DNA of 64,000 nucleotides from an uncultured candidatus Brocadiaceae bacterium. Its GTDB lineage: Bacteria; Planctomycetota; Brocadiia; SM23-32. Location: NCBI GenBank assembly GCA_964572825.1, contig CAZNGS010000007.1, forward strand, positions 31,716 to 95,715. The letters run 5' to 3'. The translations under genes and the position numbers were made by a program. The notes below the pieces were generated by a model that ran no database searches, was not told where the DNA came from, and worked only from the letters and a program-made list of their open reading frames with translations. The first letter of the stretch is position 1. Every line of letters starts with the position of its first letter. Below are positions 19,852-29,726 of this stretch, one piece after another.

Positions 19852-21003
19852 TCAGCCCCGCAATGCGCCCACCAGGGCCTGCGCCTTCCGGCGATCGGCC
19901 GGCATGAAGGGCACAAAGAACGCTTCCGCCGGGAATCTGGCGAAGAACTCCTTGAGCTGCTCCGGGTCCGCCGGCACGCCGGTCAGGCAGACCTTCTTGC
20001 CGGCTTCCAGGATGCAACGGTAGAGGCCGTGCCACCGCTCGTGCAGCCCTCCGGGGTTGCCCGCCCCAGGCACCCACTGAATGGCGCGCAGATCGGGCAG
20101 GGAGAGCAATTTCTCTACGTGCGGCAGCTCGCCGGGGCCGTCCAGGTGGTAGTAGAGCCGACCGTCGCCGTCCTCCATCTGCCAGCGCAGCACCGGCATG
20201 ACCCACCGCTCGAACGCGTCCGGCGATATCATGGCGGAAAAATCGCAGGTGCCCAGGTGGCTGTTGCGCCCCGCGAGCACCCGCATGGCCTGCGCCCAGC
20301 AGCGGTGGTTGTGCGGCGCGATGATATCCCGGAGCCGCCCCCGATAGTGCCGCCACAGGCCGAAGACATGCTCGAAGCAGGCGTCCAGCTTCTCCGGCTG
20401 GTCCATGGTGTCCATCAGCAGGTTGGTCGTCGTGCGCAGGGCCGCCAGTATGTCGAGTATCCCGCCCAGCTCGGGCGGCGCGAAGACGAAGCGGCCCTCC
20501 AGCCGCTCCACCAGCCGCCGGATGGCCTCGAAGGCCACCTCCGTGTAGCGCGGCTCGTCGGAGGTGCCCAGCTCCAGTATCTCGTCCAGCGTCAGCGGCT
20601 CGGGCACCTCCAGCCAGATCGTGTCGCCGCGGAAATCCGTCACCCCGGTCAGGAAGGCGGACATCATCGAGGCGCCCAGGTTGATGAACAGGAAGTGGTA
20701 ACCCTCCGCCAGGTGGTCGGTCGCATCGGCATAGCGGGCGAACAGGTCTATCGCCTCGTCCACGTAGGTCAGGTCGCCGGTCTCCGCGGCCAGTTGCACG
20801 GCCTGTCCGAACACGAACTCGTGCCGCCACCCCGTCCATCGCTCGACGTTTCGGGGCTCCATCCAGTCCGCGACGCCGGCCGGAAACCCGGCGTCCTCCC
20901 GGGGGCAGATGACATACAGCAGGGCGTGATCGCCGGTGCCCTCCCACCACTCCTCGTATTGCTGCCTGACCTCTTCAATGTAGTCCGTCAGCATGCACGG
21001 CAC
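19852..21003 (-). CDS. Hypothetical protein (383 aa)
   Basis: Long ORF with coding-like codon usage; no family confidently recognised (TIM-barrel-like size). Confidence 0.55.
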   Translation of the reverse strand: MPCMLTDYIEEVRQQYEEWWEGTGDHALLYVICPREDAGFPAGVADWMEPRNVERWTGWRHEFVFGQAVQLAAETGDLTYVDEAIDLFARYADATDHLAEGYHFLFINLGASMMSAFLTGVTDFRGDTIWLEVPEPLTLDEILELGTSDEPRYTEVAFEAIRRLVERLEGRFVFAPPELGGILDILAALRTTTNLLMDTMDQPEKLDACFEHVFGLWRHYRGRLRDIIAPHNHRCWAQAMRVLAGRNSHLGTCDFSAMISPDAFERWVMPVLRWQMEDGDGRLYYHLDGPGELPHVEKLLSLPDLRAIQWVPGAGNPGGLHERWHGLYRCILEAGKKVCLTGVPADPEQLKEFFARFPAEAFFVPFMPADRRKAQALVGALRG

Positions 21004-21069
21004 TCCCTGGAGATTCCGAAACGTGCGGCAGCCTATCGCAAGGGAAGCCCGAGAGCAAGCGACCGGAGG

Positions 21070-21114
21070 GTGGACCTTGTGGACTGCGTGGACTGGGTGG
21101 AGGCTGTGGACGGC
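21070..21114. repeat. Tandem 9-bp repeat x5 (GTGGACYNN periodicity) in promoter region of 19852-21003 gene
   Basis: gtggaccttgtggactgcgtggactgggtggaggctgtggacgg: GTGGA(C/G) recurring every 9 bp. Confidence 0.6.
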
Positions 21115-21256
21115 AAGGGCCGCCGTTGCGGCGTCCCCGGTGTGGCGCAGGCGCCCCCGCCTGCGGCCGTCTTGCCCTGCCGGACAGCGCAGTCGTTAGC
21201 ATTGGAGCCTTCACGCACATGTCTCCGGCTGCAAAAGTCCGTGGCATCTCAATTGC

Positions 21257-21664
21257 TCAGTCGGGGCAGATCAGCTCCAGGCTCGGAAAGTAGGTCCGGT
21301 AGCGACCCATATCTCGGGTCAGCAACGTCATTCTCTCCACCGCGGCGTGGGCGCCGATGAAGAAATCGGGCAACGGTACCGAACGATTCCCCCCGCGCCG
21401 GCGGTAGTCCAGAAAGCACTTTCCCGCCAGGAACGCCGCCTCGTAGGGGATGGGCACCCGCTCCACCAGGTCCGCCGGCAAAGCCGATTCCATCTCCTCG
21501 ATCCGCTCGAAGCGAACCGAGACCTCCGCGTAGATCACCGGGTTGATGCAGATGATGTTCTCCTCGCCGCAGCGCTCGAGGGCGTCACGCGACCAGTCGA
21601 ACCAGTTCTCATCCTCGGTGATCACGTCGAGCAATACATTAGAGTCCACCAGAACGCGGCTCAT
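21257..21664 (-). CDS. vapC: PIN-domain toxin VapC
   Basis: MSRVLVDSNVLLDVI...acidic residues typical of PIN; 135 aa; 4-nt overlap with upstream antitoxin. Confidence 0.85.
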   Translation of the reverse strand: MSRVLVDSNVLLDVITEDENWFDWSRDALERCGEENIICINPVIYAEVSVRFERIEEMESALPADLVERVPIPYEAAFLAGKCFLDYRRRGGNRSVPLPDFFIGAHAAVERMTLLTRDMGRYRTYFPSLELICPD

Positions 21665-21891
21665 CCTTCACCCCGGGTCAGGGCCATGATCTCGTCGGTG
21701 CTCATGCGCACCCTTCCCCTGCCTTTCATGGTCTCCACGAGCCTGCGCCCGCGCCGCCGGGAACCGGCGACCTTCTTGATGACCGCCCTGCCGTCCTCCA
21801 CCTCGAACTCGACTTCGGTGCCGGGCAACAGTCCGGTATCCCGGCGTATCTCGGCGGGAATGGTTACCTGTCCCTTGCTGGTGATCTTCAT
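21661..21891 (-). CDS. vapB: AbrB/MazE-type (SpoVT/AbrB) antitoxin VapB
   Basis: MKITSKGQVTIPAEIR swapped-hairpin motif; 76 aa; overlaps vapC start. Confidence 0.85.
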   Translation of the reverse strand: MKITSKGQVTIPAEIRRDTGLLPGTEVEFEVEDGRAVIKKVAGSRRRGRRLVETMKGRGRVRMSTDEIMALTRGEG

Positions 21892-21913
21892 GGCTACGCT
21901 CCAGGACGTGTAA

Positions 21914-21934
21914 TCTTACTAGTCTTACTCTTAC
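21914..21934 (-). promoter_or_regulatory. Candidate vapBC operator: three GTAAGA direct repeats immediately upstream of vapB
   Basis: plus strand tcttac x3 (revcomp GTAAGA) within 45 bp of vapB start. Confidence 0.4.
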
Positions 21935-22204
21935 CATCTCACAGGTCGGTTGTCAACCTCCGAAGGTTCTCTTGAGAGCCGAGATCCGTCCCTCCTGGGG
22001 GTAATCCGCCGCGCCCCGTCGTCATCCATCTTGCGCGGGTTCAATACGACCGTTACGATAGCTTCCAGTCCGGTGAGGGCATGCATGTTGAGGTGTAGAC
22101 GCAACGTTACTCAGAGCTACGATATTCCGTCTGCGAACGCCGGTGAGGCCTGACCCGACTGCCGCCGCGCGATCAAGATGTCCCTGTGGGCGAGGGGGAG
22201 GTAG

Positions 22205-23527
22205 GTGAGATTCAAACAGGTCCTCTCACGTTACTTCGGGAGCTGGTGGCTGCCGGGCGCCGTTTACCTGGCCGCGTTGATGCTCCTGACCGGCCCCGCG
22301 CTGCTTTCGAGCGGATGGTTTGTTGTTCGCATGGACGTGCTGCTACTTTGTCTGGTCCTTCCGCTCGGGGGCATCGTCGCGGCGGTTGTATGGAACTTGA
22401 TCGGGAAACGCTGGGGCAGGGCAGTGGTCAACTTCGCCATGCTCTCAGTGTGCGGTGGAGTAACCTTTTTCCTGTTCGGGTTTTTGATGTGGGCCACACC
22501 GAGCCAGGACCACTTCGCGGACGATCTGACCATCCCGCCGGGCCTGGCGGTCGATGAACCCGGGGAGGAGTTGGACGGGAAACCGGGCGGGCCGGAAGAC
22601 ACCTTCCAGGCCGATCTGCTGGCCGCCCTCCGCTCCGACGGCGGCGAGGACCCTTCGGTGACCGCGGACGTCTCCAATCTCATCCGGCTCCAACAGCGGA
22701 ATCCAGAGGTCTTGAGGCGGTACCTTGCGACCAGTCCGTGCTGGCGGCTCTTCCGGGACCGTCGGGGGGTCTTTGCCACGAGAAGATGGATGGTAGGTTC
22801 CGAGTGGCAGTACAGTCTTCATGGCTATTACACGAATCATGACATTGACGAGTGGCGGCACGAGGGTATTCCCGGGTTCTCATTCCGCCTGACCCTTGGG
22901 CTTGCCGGGCGTCCGTGGGCCGGTGCGTCCTCTGACTCGACGCGCATCCGACAGGGGCGGACGGCTCGGTTAGAGCTGTCGACTGGCCGTGGGATGAACG
23001 CAAGCCACTGCGTGATCGACGCAGGCGACCTCGTCGTCGAAGTCTTGGAGCGGTCCACGGGCCGGGAGCGTCGCCTGACCGGGGCCGCGCTGGCCCATAT
23101 GAACCAAGAACTGGAGCCGCTGGTCGGGGCGCCGGAATGGCGCACCATCCAACGTATCGTGCCCGAGGGCGCCATCCGTCTCGGCGCGCCGTCTCTCGCG
23201 TTGCGCAGATCGTCTCAGCCTGGAACCTATAACTCCCAGATATGGGTGAATCCCGGCGAACCTGGGATGGTGTTTCTGAAGGCCTACGAGGTGACCCGGG
23301 GGACACGCCTGTCTGCACGCAGTCTCAGGGGGCGCTCCAACGAGTGGGTTGGCTGGTCGGACGATCCCCGGCAGTTGTTTCTCTCCAACACCCATTTCTG
23401 GATCTACGAAGGGGATTGGGGGAAGCCGTACGCGGCGCGGTTCGAAGTCTGGTTCGCGCCGGATTCGGGGGCAGGGAAGCGGAAGCTGACGGAGAATATC
23501 TTCAAGATAGAAGGATGGCAACGGTAG
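22205..23527 (+). CDS. Hypothetical integral-membrane protein (N-terminal 3-4 TM helices, large C-terminal domain)
   Basis: 440-aa ORF; hydrophobic N-terminal third; no family recognised. Confidence 0.55.
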   Translation: MRFKQVLSRYFGSWWLPGAVYLAALMLLTGPALLSSGWFVVRMDVLLLCLVLPLGGIVAAVVWNLIGKRWGRAVVNFAMLSVCGGVTFFLFGFLMWATPSQDHFADDLTIPPGLAVDEPGEELDGKPGGPEDTFQADLLAALRSDGGEDPSVTADVSNLIRLQQRNPEVLRRYLATSPCWRLFRDRRGVFATRRWMVGSEWQYSLHGYYTNHDIDEWRHEGIPGFSFRLTLGLAGRPWAGASSDSTRIRQGRTARLELSTGRGMNASHCVIDAGDLVVEVLERSTGRERRLTGAALAHMNQELEPLVGAPEWRTIQRIVPEGAIRLGAPSLALRRSSQPGTYNSQIWVNPGEPGMVFLKAYEVTRGTRLSARSLRGRSNEWVGWSDDPRQLFLSNTHFWIYEGDWGKPYAARFEVWFAPDSGAGKRKLTENIFKIEGWQR

Positions 23528-24215
23528 CGATCGCCGCGCGACTATATGTCAAGCGAAGATTCTTGGCGATCGACGACGGTTAGAAATGTCATCTGGCACA
23601 GGTTGATTGCCGCGTCCCCCCCCGCCTGAGCGAGCCCTGGTTGCGGGGATGCCCGGTGCCCACGGCATCGCGTGCGAGGCCTCTTCGTCGTCAGGCCCGG
23701 CAGGGCCCTCTCAGTGTTAGCCCCGGGTGATCCCGCGAAGCGGGCGAACCCGGGGGGACAAAGGCGCCAGAAACACGAAGGAGCCCACGAGAGCGGGCGA
23801 TTCAGGCGAGAGCGTAGACGCTATGCAGCCTGGAAACTTCCTGACTCGCCCGCCTCCGCGGGCTCTGGGGTTTGGGGTGGGTTCTCGCAGGGCTCAGCCG
23901 CTCTGCGGGGTCGTTCTGGATTAATACTGGGATGCCCGCAATGCGGGCTGAGGGCACGAACCATTTGCTTTGACACCAGGAGGCCACCGTGCCGGGCATA
24001 GCCTACCGGACAGTGTGCCGCCACCATGCGAGGCATCGGCGTCATGGGTTAAAGCAATCTGCCCCCACGACGGAGGTGGTGTCCAGGCGGGTTCTTCTGA
24101 GACCCTCGCCCCATAAGGGCATCGCCGTGCAACGCGGCTGTGACCGCGCTTGCGTTTCGGGCGTACTCTGGGTAGAAGGCTATCTTGTGATCTCCTTCGA
24201 AACTCTTGTCGCTGG

Positions 24216-25118
24216 ATGGCTTTCATGACCGCTGAACATCGCGTACCTCTCCTGCTGGACACCGATATCGGGTCGGACATTGATGACGCCGTGTGCCTGA
24301 CTTACCTGCTGGCAGAGCCGCGGTGTGAGCTGTTGGGCGTCACTACCGTCACCGGCCAGCCGCGGCGACGGGCCATGCTGGCGGATGCCGTCTGCCGGGC
24401 GGCGGGCCGGGAACAGGTGCCCATCCGCAGCGGGTGCGACCGCCCTATTCTCTTCCCCCAGAAACAGCCCCACGCGCCGCAGGCCGAGGTGCTCCCCCGG
24501 TGGGACCATCGGGAGGATTTCGCACCTTACGAGGCCGTCGAGTTCCTGCGGCGCACCATTCGCCAGCGCGCCGGGGAGATCACGCTCCTCACCGTGGGGC
24601 CGTTGACGAATGCCGGGGTGCTGTTCGCCGTCGACCCGGAGACCGCCGGCATGCTCCGCCGGCTGGTGATGATGGGCGGGCGGTACTTCGGGGAGGGCAC
24701 CGAGTGGAACACCTCCGGCGATCCCGTGGCGAGCGCCCTGGTCTTCGAGGCGGACGTTCCGGAGCTGGTCGCCTACGGGCTCGACGTCACGCTTCAGTGC
24801 AGGATGCCGGCGGATGAATGCCGGCGCCGGTTCCGCGGCGGTCCCTTCGAGGTGGTCCGCGACATGGCGGAGGTCTGGTTCCGGAAGCAGGACAGCATCA
24901 CCTTCCACGACCCCCTGGCGGCGGCCGGCATCTTCGAACCGGACCTCTGCACCTACCGGCGGGGGCGCGTGACGGCCGTCACGGAGAGGGGGGAGCAATT
25001 CGGCGAGACGCATTTCGATCCAGACGAGGCCGGCCCGCACCGCGTGGCGGCGATGGTGGACGCGGAGCGGTTTTTCCAGCACTATTTCGAGATCACCGCC
25101 GCATTCGCCACCGGGTAA
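24216..25118 (+). CDS. Inosine-uridine preferring nucleoside hydrolase family protein
   Basis: LLDTDIGSDIDDAVCL (DxDxxxDD Ca-binding signature), ~300 aa. Confidence 0.85.
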   Translation: MAFMTAEHRVPLLLDTDIGSDIDDAVCLTYLLAEPRCELLGVTTVTGQPRRRAMLADAVCRAAGREQVPIRSGCDRPILFPQKQPHAPQAEVLPRWDHREDFAPYEAVEFLRRTIRQRAGEITLLTVGPLTNAGVLFAVDPETAGMLRRLVMMGGRYFGEGTEWNTSGDPVASALVFEADVPELVAYGLDVTLQCRMPADECRRRFRGGPFEVVRDMAEVWFRKQDSITFHDPLAAAGIFEPDLCTYRRGRVTAVTERGEQFGETHFDPDEAGPHRVAAMVDAERFFQHYFEITAAFATG

Positions 25119-25318
25119 AAAAGCCCTGGCGATAAAAGCGGGATTGTTTCGCCCGCCGCCCCAACGGCAAAGCCTTTCGACAGGCTCAAGGGCCTGAGCA
25201 AAGTCGAAGGGCGGTGGCAAGCCACCGCAGTCCAGGAAAAACCGGGGCTGTGGTCCCCCCCTCCGCAAGACCGCCATGATGTTGCATCTCTGTGAACTCC
25301 TGCTTGACTCCACTGTCC

Positions 25319-25363
25319 ACAAATGGAAGGGAAAAGCCGCCTGATATGCAGCGTACCCGCCGG
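25319..25363 (+). repeat. ~45-bp intergenic repeat, copy B (cacaaatggaagggaaaagccgcctgatatgcagcgtacccgccgg)
   Basis: matches copy A at 16047-16090 in same orientation; sits in a 660-bp non-coding gap. Confidence 0.6.
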
Positions 25364-25778
25364 AGGGTCAGCGCCCTTTCAGGGCATCATCCCCCACGTG
25401 TAGCCGCGCCCCTTCGGGGTTCCGAGGGCCATTGAAAAGTGCAATGCGCCGTATGGCGGGCAGCGTGTTGTGCTTCTCTGGGACCGTGCAGGTGAGTTTC
25501 CACAGGCGAGGGCCTGTCTGCGTGCCGGCCTGTGGGGCAGACGGACGACCACGCACAGGCAGGCGCCTGCGCTACACGTTGAACGGTGATTCGTCAGCAT
25601 TCCGGTCATCCGGGGACGAAGACGGACACCGGCACGCGCACTACACAAGCCACAGCGACAATCCGATGATTGAATGGCCCAGGCGGACCGAATCCTTGCG
25701 GAGGAGCGCCCGGGGCGGTATCTTTGGAGGCGACTCCTCGGAGACCTCATTGCTCAAACATTTCGAAGGTGCATCCAC

Positions 25779-27734
25779 ATGCCCCCCGATAAAAAGGTGT
25801 CCAGTGACGTGCCACTGATTCCGCGCAGGCTCCTTTTCGGCAATCCGGACCGGACGCAGCCGAAGTTGAGCCACGACGGGAAATACCTGGCCTTCCTGGC
25901 GCCCGTGGACGGGGTGCTCAACGTGTGGGTGGGGCCGCCGGAGGCCCCCGACGAGGCGCGGCCGGTCACCCGGGACACCGGGCGCGGCATCCGCGTCTTC
26001 GTCTGGCCCTACACCAGCGATATCGTGCTCTACCTCCAGGACAAGGACGGCGATGAGAACTGGCGCCTCTACGCCACGGCCCTGGAGACCGAGCGGACCC
26101 GCGACCTCACCCCGTTCGAGAGCGTGCAGGCCCGCACGCAGCAGATCAGTCCCGACAGGGCCGACGAGATCCTGGTCGCCCTGAACAATCGGGGCGGCCG
26201 GTATCAAGACATCCACCGCGTGAACATCCGCACGGGCGAGATGGAGCTCGTACAGGAGAACGAGGGCTTCCTCGGGTTCATCACCGACGACGACTACGCC
26301 GTCCGTTTCGCCAACCGCTTCACCGAAGAGGGCGACATGGAGACGCTGCGCCGGACCGCCGAGGGCGAGTGGGAGCCCTTCATCGAGGTCTCGATGGAGG
26401 ATTCGCTCCGCACGGGTCACGTCGGCTTCGACGAGTCGGGCGAGGTGGCCTACTGGAGCGACAGACGGGGCCGCGACACGGCCGCGCTGGTGGCGATCGA
26501 CCTGGAAACCCGCCAGACGGAGACGCTGGCGCACGACCCGTGCGTGGACGTCGGAGGCGTGATGCGCCATCCCACCCGCAAGCACCCCCAGGCCGTGGCC
26601 TTCACCTACACGCGCCGCCGCTGGGAGATGCTCGATCCGGCCATCGAGGACGACTTCGCGCGGCTCTCGGAACTGGCGGAGGGCGATTTCTCCGTCCGCA
26701 GCCGCACGCTCGATGACCGGCACTGGATCGTCGGCTATACCGTGGACGACGGGCCGCAGCGCTTCTACCGCTACGACCGCGAGACCGCGCAGACACAATT
26801 CCTGTTCGCCGACCGGGACGAACTCGCCGATCAGCCGCTCGTTCCCCTGCGACCGCAGGTGGTGGAGTCCCGGGACGGGCTGGACCTGGTCTGCTACCTC
26901 TCCCTGCCGAAGGGCACCGACCCCGATGGCGATGACCGCCCCGAGACCCACCTGCCGACCGTTCTGGTAGTCCACGGCGGCCCCTGGGGGCGCGACACCT
27001 GGGGCTTCAACCCCTGGCACCAGTGGCTGGCCAACCGCGGCTACGCCGTGCTCAGCGTCAACTTCCGCGGCTTTACCGGGTTCGGCAAGGAGTTTCTGAA
27101 CGCGGGCAACATGGAGTGGGCCGGCAGGATGCACGACGACCTGATAGACGCCGTCGAGTGGGCGCAGGCCGAGGGCATCACGGACGCCGATCGCACCGCC
27201 ATTATGGGCGGCAGCTACGGCGGTTACGCCACGCTGGTGGGCCTGACCTTCACGCCGGAGGTCTTCGCCTGCGGGGTGGACATCGTGGGACCGTCGAACC
27301 TGGTCACGCTCCTGGAGAGCATCCCGCCCTACTGGGTGCCGATGCTGAAGCTCTTGACCGCCCGCGTCGGCGACCCCGGCACCGAGGAGGGCCGCGCGCT
27401 GCTGGAGGAACGCTCTCCCCTCAACCGCGCCGACCGCATACGCCGCCCCCTCCTGATCGGCCAGGGCGCCCACGACCCGCGCGTGAAGCAGGCCGAGTCC
27501 GACCAGATCGTCAGCGCCATGCAGGAAAAGGACATCGCCGTCACCTACGTCGTCTATCCCGACGAGGGCCACGGCTTCGCCCGGCCGGAGAACCGCATCT
27601 CCTTCTTCGCCGTAGCGGAGGCATTCCTGTCCGAACACCTCGGCGGCCGCCGCGAGCCGGTGGGGGATGACGTCGAAGGATCCTCAATCACCGTTCCCGT
27701 CAGCGCGGGCTGTTTTCGGGCTGAATGGGGATGA
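25779..27734 (+). CDS. S9 family serine peptidase (prolyl oligopeptidase/dipeptidyl aminopeptidase-like) with N-terminal beta-propeller
   Basis: C-terminal alpha/beta hydrolase with GGSYGG nucleophile elbow, D and H of triad downstream; start at MPPDKKVSSDVPLIP. Confidence 0.8.
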   Translation: MPPDKKVSSDVPLIPRRLLFGNPDRTQPKLSHDGKYLAFLAPVDGVLNVWVGPPEAPDEARPVTRDTGRGIRVFVWPYTSDIVLYLQDKDGDENWRLYATALETERTRDLTPFESVQARTQQISPDRADEILVALNNRGGRYQDIHRVNIRTGEMELVQENEGFLGFITDDDYAVRFANRFTEEGDMETLRRTAEGEWEPFIEVSMEDSLRTGHVGFDESGEVAYWSDRRGRDTAALVAIDLETRQTETLAHDPCVDVGGVMRHPTRKHPQAVAFTYTRRRWEMLDPAIEDDFARLSELAEGDFSVRSRTLDDRHWIVGYTVDDGPQRFYRYDRETAQTQFLFADRDELADQPLVPLRPQVVESRDGLDLVCYLSLPKGTDPDGDDRPETHLPTVLVVHGGPWGRDTWGFNPWHQWLANRGYAVLSVNFRGFTGFGKEFLNAGNMEWAGRMHDDLIDAVEWAQAEGITDADRTAIMGGSYGGYATLVGLTFTPEVFACGVDIVGPSNLVTLLESIPPYWVPMLKLLTARVGDPGTEEGRALLEERSPLNRADRIRRPLLIGQGAHDPRVKQAESDQIVSAMQEKDIAVTYVVYPDEGHGFARPENRISFFAVAEAFLSEHLGGRREPVGDDVEGSSITVPVSAGCFRAEWG

Positions 27735-29148
27735 GGCGCCGCTCGGCGATGAGGATGGGGGAGTCGTAGAGTGGCACGTCACGGAAGTGGCATAGCCCTT
27801 CCTCCGCGCTCCAGCGCTCGTCGGCTATATCGTACACCTCGCCGCTCAGCAGGTCCACCAGGACGGGATCGGTCAACCGGCAGGCAGGCAGGAAGAGGTC
27901 CAGCTCCCTCACGACCCGGTTGGCGCCGGGCGGGTCGGTGTTGCGCCAGATGGCCACCATCTGCCGCCCCTCGGCCCCGCGGTAGCCGAAGGCCGAGTGG
28001 TTCCTCTCGTTGTTCTGCCACGGCGTCAGGTAATAGGGATAGCCGGGGATGCGCTCCAGCGTGTCGTCGAAGACGGCGGTCAGGTTCTGGACCGCAAAGT
28101 AGGCCTTCTTGCAGTGGTGGACGGTTTTGTCCGGGTTGGTGGCCAGCAAGCCCTTGTAGTTGATTTTGCTCCCGTAGTGCATGTCGCAGATGCCAAAGTA
28201 ACTGGAGGGCCGGATGCCGTGGCCCAGGTCGCCCAGGAGGCGGCGCAGGGCCCATTTGGCCTGCTTACGCTCGGTCCAGTCGTAGCGGCGGCCGAGCGCA
28301 CCGAAGGAGCCCTTCTGCGAGGGGGCGCCGTTCTCTCCCTGGCGGATCGTGATGCGCTCGCTGTAGTGGTCGATGACCTCGCGGAGCTGCTCGATCTTGG
28401 GGTAGCTGTCGTCGGGGTTCTCGTTGTAGGGGTGGACGATGACCTGGTCGGTCAGGTCCAGCGCGCCCTCTTTCTGCAGGTATCGCAGGACGTTGTCCAC
28501 CTGCTGGATGTTGATCCGGACGGTGGACGGCCCGATGACCGTGGCGTTGGGCTGCAGCCGGCGGATGATGCGGGCGGTCCGGATGAGGAAGCGGGCGTAC
28601 TGCTCGTCGGTGACGTCTCCGCGCGGCTCGTTCCAGACCTCCCACTCGTCCACGTATTCGCGGTAGCGCCCGATGAAGGCGGCCACGTAGCGGTCCCACG
28701 CGGCCAGGGCTTCCTCCGAGGAGGGCAGGCTGCCGCCCAGCCCGGTGCCTCCGCCGCCCTTGTAGCGGGGATTGCCGTAGCAGAGACAGACCCATGGCTC
28801 GACGCCCTGCTCGACCATGTCCGGGATGATCTCGTCCAGCCACTCCCAATCGTATTGGCCCTTCTTTTTCTCCGTCTTGGCCCAGCCGGACTGGATGCGC
28901 GCCCGCTTGACGCCCAGCGGACCGAGGTACTGCCGCCAATAGGCGTAGATGGTGAAGTCCCGGTCCATTGTTTCCGCGCCGACGGACCAGGGGGAGGACT
29001 CTATCTCGCGGGCGTGCCGCGGCCGCACCGTGCCGATCAGCTCATACCCCTCGCCGGGCTCCAGGGCAAGCACCATTCCGGCGTGCCACAATACCAGTAA
29101 GGCCATCCATAACGCTGGCCGGCGCAATTCGCTTCGTGCGCTCAGCAT
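27700..29148 (-). CDS. Secreted clan GH-A glycoside hydrolase (GH5/GH39-like)
   Basis: Signal peptide MLSARSELRRPALWMALLVLW; EVWNEP acid/base motif of clan GH-A (beta/alpha)8 enzymes; 482 aa. Confidence 0.65.
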   Translation of the reverse strand: MLSARSELRRPALWMALLVLWHAGMVLALEPGEGYELIGTVRPRHAREIESSPWSVGAETMDRDFTIYAYWRQYLGPLGVKRARIQSGWAKTEKKKGQYDWEWLDEIIPDMVEQGVEPWVCLCYGNPRYKGGGGTGLGGSLPSSEEALAAWDRYVAAFIGRYREYVDEWEVWNEPRGDVTDEQYARFLIRTARIIRRLQPNATVIGPSTVRINIQQVDNVLRYLQKEGALDLTDQVIVHPYNENPDDSYPKIEQLREVIDHYSERITIRQGENGAPSQKGSFGALGRRYDWTERKQAKWALRRLLGDLGHGIRPSSYFGICDMHYGSKINYKGLLATNPDKTVHHCKKAYFAVQNLTAVFDDTLERIPGYPYYLTPWQNNERNHSAFGYRGAEGRQMVAIWRNTDPPGANRVVRELDLFLPACRLTDPVLVDLLSGEVYDIADERWSAEEGLCHFRDVPLYDSPILIAERRLIPIQPENSPR

Positions 29149-29324
29149 TCGAGTTCTCCTCCGGAGAGAGATTCTCGGCAGTCATGATGGGAGAGTAGCG
29201 TCTGCCGACGATGTGCGCAAACGCGGCGTGCCGCTGATTCGTTTTTTCGTTTTGCCGTCCTGCCGCATCTATTAGAGTGAGAGCCCTGTCCGGAACCTGA
29301 ATTCAGCAGCCCGCACACGTTGCC

Positions 29325-29591
29325 ATGAGTCCCTGCGGCGAGGTAACCGTGAGGATGAAGAAAGAGCTCTTCGGCAGGCTGGGCGTCGTGGTCGAAAGCA
29401 TATGCGGCGAGGTTGACTTCGAAGACCTCGGGGACCTCGACCAGGCATATTCGGCCAACGATCGGCAAGTCATGACGGTCTCAACGATCCCCAATTGGCA
29501 CCTCCGGGAAGCACGTGAAGCGGGTGAGATGCCCGCGGACCTTTACATCAGGACTCACAACGGGAAGGTTGCCGTGCACAAGGAGGACTGA
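29325..29591 (+). CDS. Hypothetical small protein (88 aa)
   Basis: ORF only; weak support. Confidence 0.3.
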   Translation: MSPCGEVTVRMKKELFGRLGVVVESICGEVDFEDLGDLDQAYSANDRQVMTVSTIPNWHLREAREAGEMPADLYIRTHNGKVAVHKED

Positions 29592-29726
29592 AGAGCGGCT
29601 TGCTCTCATGCGCCCTTGGGGAGCTTGAACGGGCGCTCCTTTGCTGGTAATCTGCCGTAAACGTTCACTCGATTCGGGCGGTAAAGCCCGTCGAAGGACG
29701 ATAAGCAGCGGGCAAGGAGGGCGGCG

